A stretch of DNA of 63,650 bases, counting the filler, from Aduncisulcus paluster (lineage: Eukaryota): NCBI GenBank assembly GCA_024181965.1. It is 14 parts of 14 records of this genome, joined end to end, with 100 filler letters (N's around TTAATTAATTAA, not from the genome) between each part and the next. Parts side by side here need not be neighbours in the genome. Positions count along the whole stretch, not along the records: positions 55,857 to 60,993 come from BQXS01011537.1; positions 61,094 to 63,650 come from BQXS01011545.1; 12 more parts are not named here. One strand, given 5' to 3'. The notes under the pieces are model-generated. The model had not been told where the DNA came from. It ran no database searches and was given only the letters and a program-made list of their open reading frames with translations. Below, in pieces: positions 58,936 to 63,650 of the stretch (position 1 is the stretch's first letter; every line of letters begins with the position of its first letter). The translations under genes and the position numbers were made by a program.

Positions 58936-59919
58936 CTATTTCTTCCTTTTCCATGATGATCTCCTAAAAATATTTTCGTAATTCATCCACATAATTCGTT
59001 CAACAAGAATATGGAAGCATTCGATAATAATACGTGGTTTAAATGCCTTTAATCCAACAAACGCCTTCTCAACTTCAAGATAAGTGGTTTGACTTGTAAT
59101 ATCAATAAAATACTCTTTCCTAAATCCTTTTCTTATTTTTTTTGCGGATAACCTTGGTAATTCACAAATAATTCCATGCTCATCAAGAGATTGAAATATA
59201 GAAATGTTCTTGCCATATAACAAAGCCCCGAGATATGGGTGAAGAGGAAGAACTGTTGAAAATCGAGAACAAAACTTAAAAAACTCGACGGAAATTGGAA
59301 GCTTTGAGGGTAACAGTTTCCTCAATTTTCCCAAAAATATCTTTACAAAAGAGTTTCCGTCAATATGTCGATAATTCATATTGGAGAGGAAAAACGAGAT
59401 CAAATCTCTAACAGTTGCAGTATTTTCAATTTCAGCAAGAATATTTCGTTTAGCAAACTTTAATCCATCGAAATTTCCATTATCGAGACCGCAAAGAACT
59501 GAAACTGTCCGGATTTCGACTAAAATAACATTATCCGTGTCGACGATACAATCAAGCCATGCATAAGAAAAAGTCGTGAATTCCGGAAAACGAACAGGTC
59601 GACTGATTTTCGTCCCATCAAATAAAGTTAGAGTAATTAACAATGCAGTTGGAACACCACCAGCCCAGAATAATTTAAAGAAAATGGAATAGATATTGGA
59701 GGGCTCCTCGAGTGGAATCTTCATGTAATTAAATAAACCAGGCTTATTTTGGCGTATTAACGATAGTAAACGAGGGTCATAGGGAGTATCAATAATTTGG
59801 TATAGATTCTGTTCTGTTTGAAGCTCCTTATATCGAAGAGGAATACGACAACTATCTATAATTGGAATGTTCTTAAGATACTGGGATCCAATAGAAACAA
59901 TTTTACATGGAAAGTTCAT
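58936..59919 (-). CDS. Hypothetical protein with a divergent copy of the same beta-rich domain
   Basis: FNYMKIPLEEPS...PTALLITLTLFDGTKISRPVRFPEF...AWLDCIVDTDNVILVEI aligns with FTHISIPFSSSS...PSHLIFTLTSSKGDKTSKKYEFPEF...YWYFLPVDLPDVVLCEI. Confidence 0.65.
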   Translation of the reverse strand: MNFPCKIVSIGSQYLKNIPIIDSCRIPLRYKELQTEQNLYQIIDTPYDPRLLSLIRQNKPGLFNYMKIPLEEPSNIYSIFFKLFWAGGVPTALLITLTLFDGTKISRPVRFPEFTTFSYAWLDCIVDTDNVILVEIRTVSVLCGLDNGNFDGLKFAKRNILAEIENTATVRDLISFFLSNMNYRHIDGNSFVKIFLGKLRKLLPSKLPISVEFFKFCSRFSTVLPLHPYLGALLYGKNISIFQSLDEHGIICELPRLSAKKIRKGFRKEYFIDITSQTTYLEVEKAFVGLKAFKPRIIIECFHILVERIMWMNYENIFRRSSWKRKK

Positions 59920-60083
59920 TCAAAAGAGCTAAGATTTTGGGACCGCCGGCGGCAAGTGGTACCGCTGATTTTTAGTTTATGAGATTTGAATTCGTTTTCT
60001 TCTATTTTTTGCTATGGGTTTATTTTGCATCAAATTGAGGTCAAAACAAAATTATTATTGCTTTTTGGATGAATGGATCATTA

Positions 60084-60570
60084 TTATTTCCCTTGACTCT
60101 TTTTAAGTTTCTCCTGAGTTTCAACGAATTCTCTTCTAAGACGGCTCAATTCTTTGATTTTTGCCTCCATCACTTTTTGCAACTCGCCAAGTCTTGTCTT
60201 GATAATTGAACGACGCTTATCGACAATAGCTGCTGCAGTTTTAACATCTTTTTGAATCAATATTCCATTTATAAATTGATATGCTCTTCTTTCAGGGTCC
60301 AAATCATTCATTGTTTCAATAACACGGCTAATTTAAAGATGGAATCAATTTTGGGATATCAAACGAATAGAAAACGAATTTAAAATTGGAAATGAATAAG
60401 TAACTTAATAATATGCAAATGCACATCAAAATGTTTAATTGAAAAGATCAGGAAACGACATACTTATGCTCTTCATAATCAACAGTTAACTCAATTATTT
60501 GGTTCCTTAACCGTGATACAAATTGTTGTGAAGCCATTAATTTTTGTTGTTTTTGCTTTAAATCTTCCAT
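60084..60570 (-). CDS. PFDN2: Prefoldin subunit 2; exon 60570-60464, intron 60463-60328, exon 60327-60084
   Basis: Splicing GTATGT...TTAG gives MEDLKQKQQKL...IIELTVDYEEHNRVIETMNDLDPERRAYQFINGILIQKDVK, matching PFDN2 (ELEMELNEHSLVIDTLKEVDETRKCYRMVGGVLVERTVK). The start codon is uncertain. Confidence 0.82.
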
Positions 60571-60788
60571 GATTTTTTTCTGAATCAGACCCAAACAAGA
60601 TGTTCGCCTCTGAAATTAACATACTGATTGAAAGAAGCATTTGAACTTGATGATTCTTAGTATTGTGGATTTTTAAATTATTTTTGATTCTTTCAAATCT
60701 TTTTTTGTCTTGACTTCTCTGTGACTATTCCACGATCGATTCTCTCAACTCAACATTTGTTGTGATTTCCTCCTGCTTTGCTCACAAG

Positions 60789-60903
60789 ATGTCAAAGGGA
60801 AACAAGAACCAAGGTCATGATGATGAGGGCTCTTTTAAAAGCTTTTTGAAGAATACAAAAATTATGTGCAGACGTTGTTACAGAGAGAAAGCTTCAACTG
60901 ATG
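60789..60903 (+). CDS. SEC61G: Sec61 gamma exon 1 (continues in the contig starting at 47181)
   Basis: MSKGNKNQGHDDEGSFKSFLKNTKIMCRRCYREKASTD is followed by a GTATGT donor at 60904. 60857-60993 matches 47181-47317. Confidence 0.85.
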
Positions 60904-61093
60904 GTATGTTAAAAAGATTGCTTTTATTGTTTCATTTATGTTATGTTTAGATCATTTTTTAAAATAATATTCATCTAATTATTTCCTTACTCGNNNNNNN
61001 NNNNNNNNNNNNNNNNNNNNNNNNNNNNNNNNNNNNNTTAATTAATTAANNNNNNNNNNNNNNNNNNNNNNNNNNNNNNNNNNNNNNNNNNNN

Positions 61094-63650
61094 GAGGAAA
61101 TGGAAGAGAAACTCACAAGAATGGATGGATCAAACAATGAAGTCGTTTCTGCAACATCATCATACAACGCCGCACCATTCATTATCAGCTCCGTCAACGA
61201 AACATTGGTAGAGTCGGCAGCAACAAGAAGAGCACTAACATCAATAATGGATGTTTCGGCGAGATTGAGAGAGCTCAAGGAGGTGTACGTATCAGCACAC
61301 TCGGAAATGTCGGGAAGAGCAGACACAGAAGTGACAGAAGAGAGGGCCAGAGTGGAGAGTGAGTGAAGGGAGCAGATGAACGACAGATCAGAAAAGCCTT
61401 CAATGACATTCCCATCAGCATCCACAGGAGCACCATACATGTTATGGGCAAGGGAAAGGGACTCAAGGCCATGCAGAGAACCCAATGGATCAGCATTCAC
61501 AAAGTTGTGATATGGCAACGAAATGGATGTAAGAGAGCGGATATGTTCAATTCCATCAAGCAAGGAAAATCTATCAAAGTTGGAGAGAGAAAAACCATCG
61601 TTGGACAGAGTGGAAGTGGAAATGGTCCGCAACGAAGCAACGTTCGACAGAGTTGAGGAGGAAATGGTTCTCAATGAAGCAACACTGAAAAGGGAAGGAG
61701 AGGTAGATGTTCTGTGGGTATAATCAGGATCTCCAACAGAATCCACAAACATGTCAGCGACACAGGCATGCAGGTTATCATCAACGATCACTTGCTGACA
61801 CTCTCCTGTTGTATAAGAAACACCACCAATCACTTCATCACCAAGATATCTACACTCATATCCATACTCACACCCTCCAGAACAGTTCGTGGTGGATGAA
61901 TCTGGCTGAGTGCATGAAAAGTCCTCAGCAGATGTGTATGACGTGTATGAATCACTGGCACACACAACATACCATACACCAGACCCAGGCTTGGTCTCAC
62001 TACAGACAAGATTATCAGTGATCGGAGTGCATGAGGAATCAGAGGTATATGCGATCGAAGAACAACCAGTAGAGTCGCACGTTTGATCGGTTGCAAGATC
62101 AGACCCAAGATCAAGGATGAACCCAGCCTCTCCATAATTGTGGAACTTACTACCAAGATCTTCGGTGGACTCAGAACCCATGCAGATATTATTGCCAACA
62201 ACAGAGATGGTCATTAAGTTAGGTAAGGAATACATTGGGGAAAGGTCTGAAATGGAACAGTCATTGCAGTTGAAAGTTACAAGTTGAGATAATCCTTGTG
62301 CAGCCAGAGGATATACTGATGGAATTTCACCATTATTTGAGAGAATAAGAGAGGTTAATGAATCCTTTGAGGAAGAAAGGTCAGGGATGGAAGTCAGATC
62401 GATATTTTTCAGAATAACAGTTTGTAAGCTGCTCATTGAATCCAATTTTGACTGAAGATCAACAATATCAAAAGACGAAGAAGTATCTCCGATTCCAAGA
62501 GTTGTGAGTGACGATGACACCACGGATATGGAGGAAATAGCAGTTGTATTGCCGATAACAAGGGTCTTTAAATTTTGAAGATGATCCGCACATACGTGAA
62601 TGTCGAATCCTGCCTGATCGGTCGGAGTATCATACATTCGAAGAGATCTGATCGAAGTTGGAAGCAAGGATGACACATTTGTTGAAGAGGATAAACTAAT
62701 ATTTGTCGAAGATATATCAAGGTATTTGAGAGGAAATCCAGAGAAATCAGGAAGAGATGTCAATGAAGAATTATAAGAAATATTCAACGACTCTAAGTTA
62801 TCGAGAGTTGAGATATTAGAAAGAGAAGAGTTTGGGAGAGAAGTATTTTCAAGAATAATTTCTAAAACATTTCCAACATGTTCTATTCCAGATAGTTCAG
62901 ATATTACAACATTAGAGCATGTCAATGATAGAGAGTATTCTTTAGAGGTATTATCAAAACTGCCTGCAAGGGTCTTCAAGGAAGCAACGGTAAAAAGGGA
63001 TGGGGTGGAATCTGTTCGATGTAAGTAATCATTAGCTCCAAACATGTCAGCAACACAATCATGTAAGTTCTCATCAACGATCACTTGCTGACACTCTCCT
63101 GTTGTATAAGAAACACCACCAATCACTTCATCACCAAGATATCTACACTCATATCCATACTCACACCCTCCAGAACAGTTCATGGTTGATGAATCTGGCT
63201 GAGTGCATGAAAAATCCACAGCAGATGTATATGACGTGTATGAATCACTGGCACACACAACATACCATACACCAGACCCAGGCTTGGTCTCACCACACAC
63301 CTTGTTATCAGATAAACTTGGATTATCTGTCGAACAGTGACAGTCTTGAGTACCAACACTGATAACAATATCAGGGGAAGAAGAAGTAAATATATTGTTA
63401 AGAACGTTCAGAGCATCATCGGTTCCATCCTCACAGATAGCATTGTTAGATAGATCGATACTGTCCCATAAAGAGCTACTGGATAATGCATACAATGGGG
63501 AAGGATCAGAGATGTTATTGTTGCTCAAATCAAGGGATGTCAGTGAAGAAGGGAATGTTTTGGCCGAAACCAAGTCAAAGACAGTCCCATTAATGATGGA
63601 TAGAGAAGTCAGGGATGAAAACCCAGATAAATCAATCTTAGACACAATGG
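61094..63650 (-). CDS. Modular LRR + Cys-rich protein fragment (same family)
   Basis: Two near-identical Cys cassettes (about 61770-62000 and 63063-63292). The block 61248-61640 is near-identical to 53332-53740. Confidence 0.9.

Noticed and set aside
1-63650. Hexamitid-type TAA/TAG=Gln genetic code
   Set aside because: Conserved genes (SEC61G, PFDN2, RRN3) end at TAA/TAG at the expected positions, and long ORFs read through in the standard code.

Overview
This window is not one locus. It holds 14 short contigs of a eukaryotic draft genome joined by 13 artificial 100-nt linkers (N44-TTAATTAATTAA-N44). Spliceosomal GT-AG introns, the standard genetic code and the gene families point to a protist, by my recollection most like the Carpediemonas-like fornicate Aduncisulcus (not verified). 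The centrepiece is an apparently intronless, insertion-rich telomerase reverse transcriptase (TERT, 28617-33799) with TEN, TRBD and RT motifs. A separate contig carries a POT1-like telomere-end-binding protein. Other genes are DNA polymerase delta, Sec61-gamma, prefoldin 2, RRN3, a DEAH helicase, an alpha2delta/CACHD1-like VWA-Cache protein, a TBL2-like WD40 protein, a flavin-reductase-like protein, a RING protein, two kinases and a probable non-LTR retrotransposon 3' remnant. Four fragments belong to a large modular LRR/Cys-rich surface-protein family built from near-identical cassettes and variable LRR blocks. Non-coding DNA shows clusters of tiny inverted triplications (A-A'-A) downstream of genes and a repeated MEF2-type CTAAAAATAG element. 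Many exact duplications and two frameshifts look like assembly artefacts.
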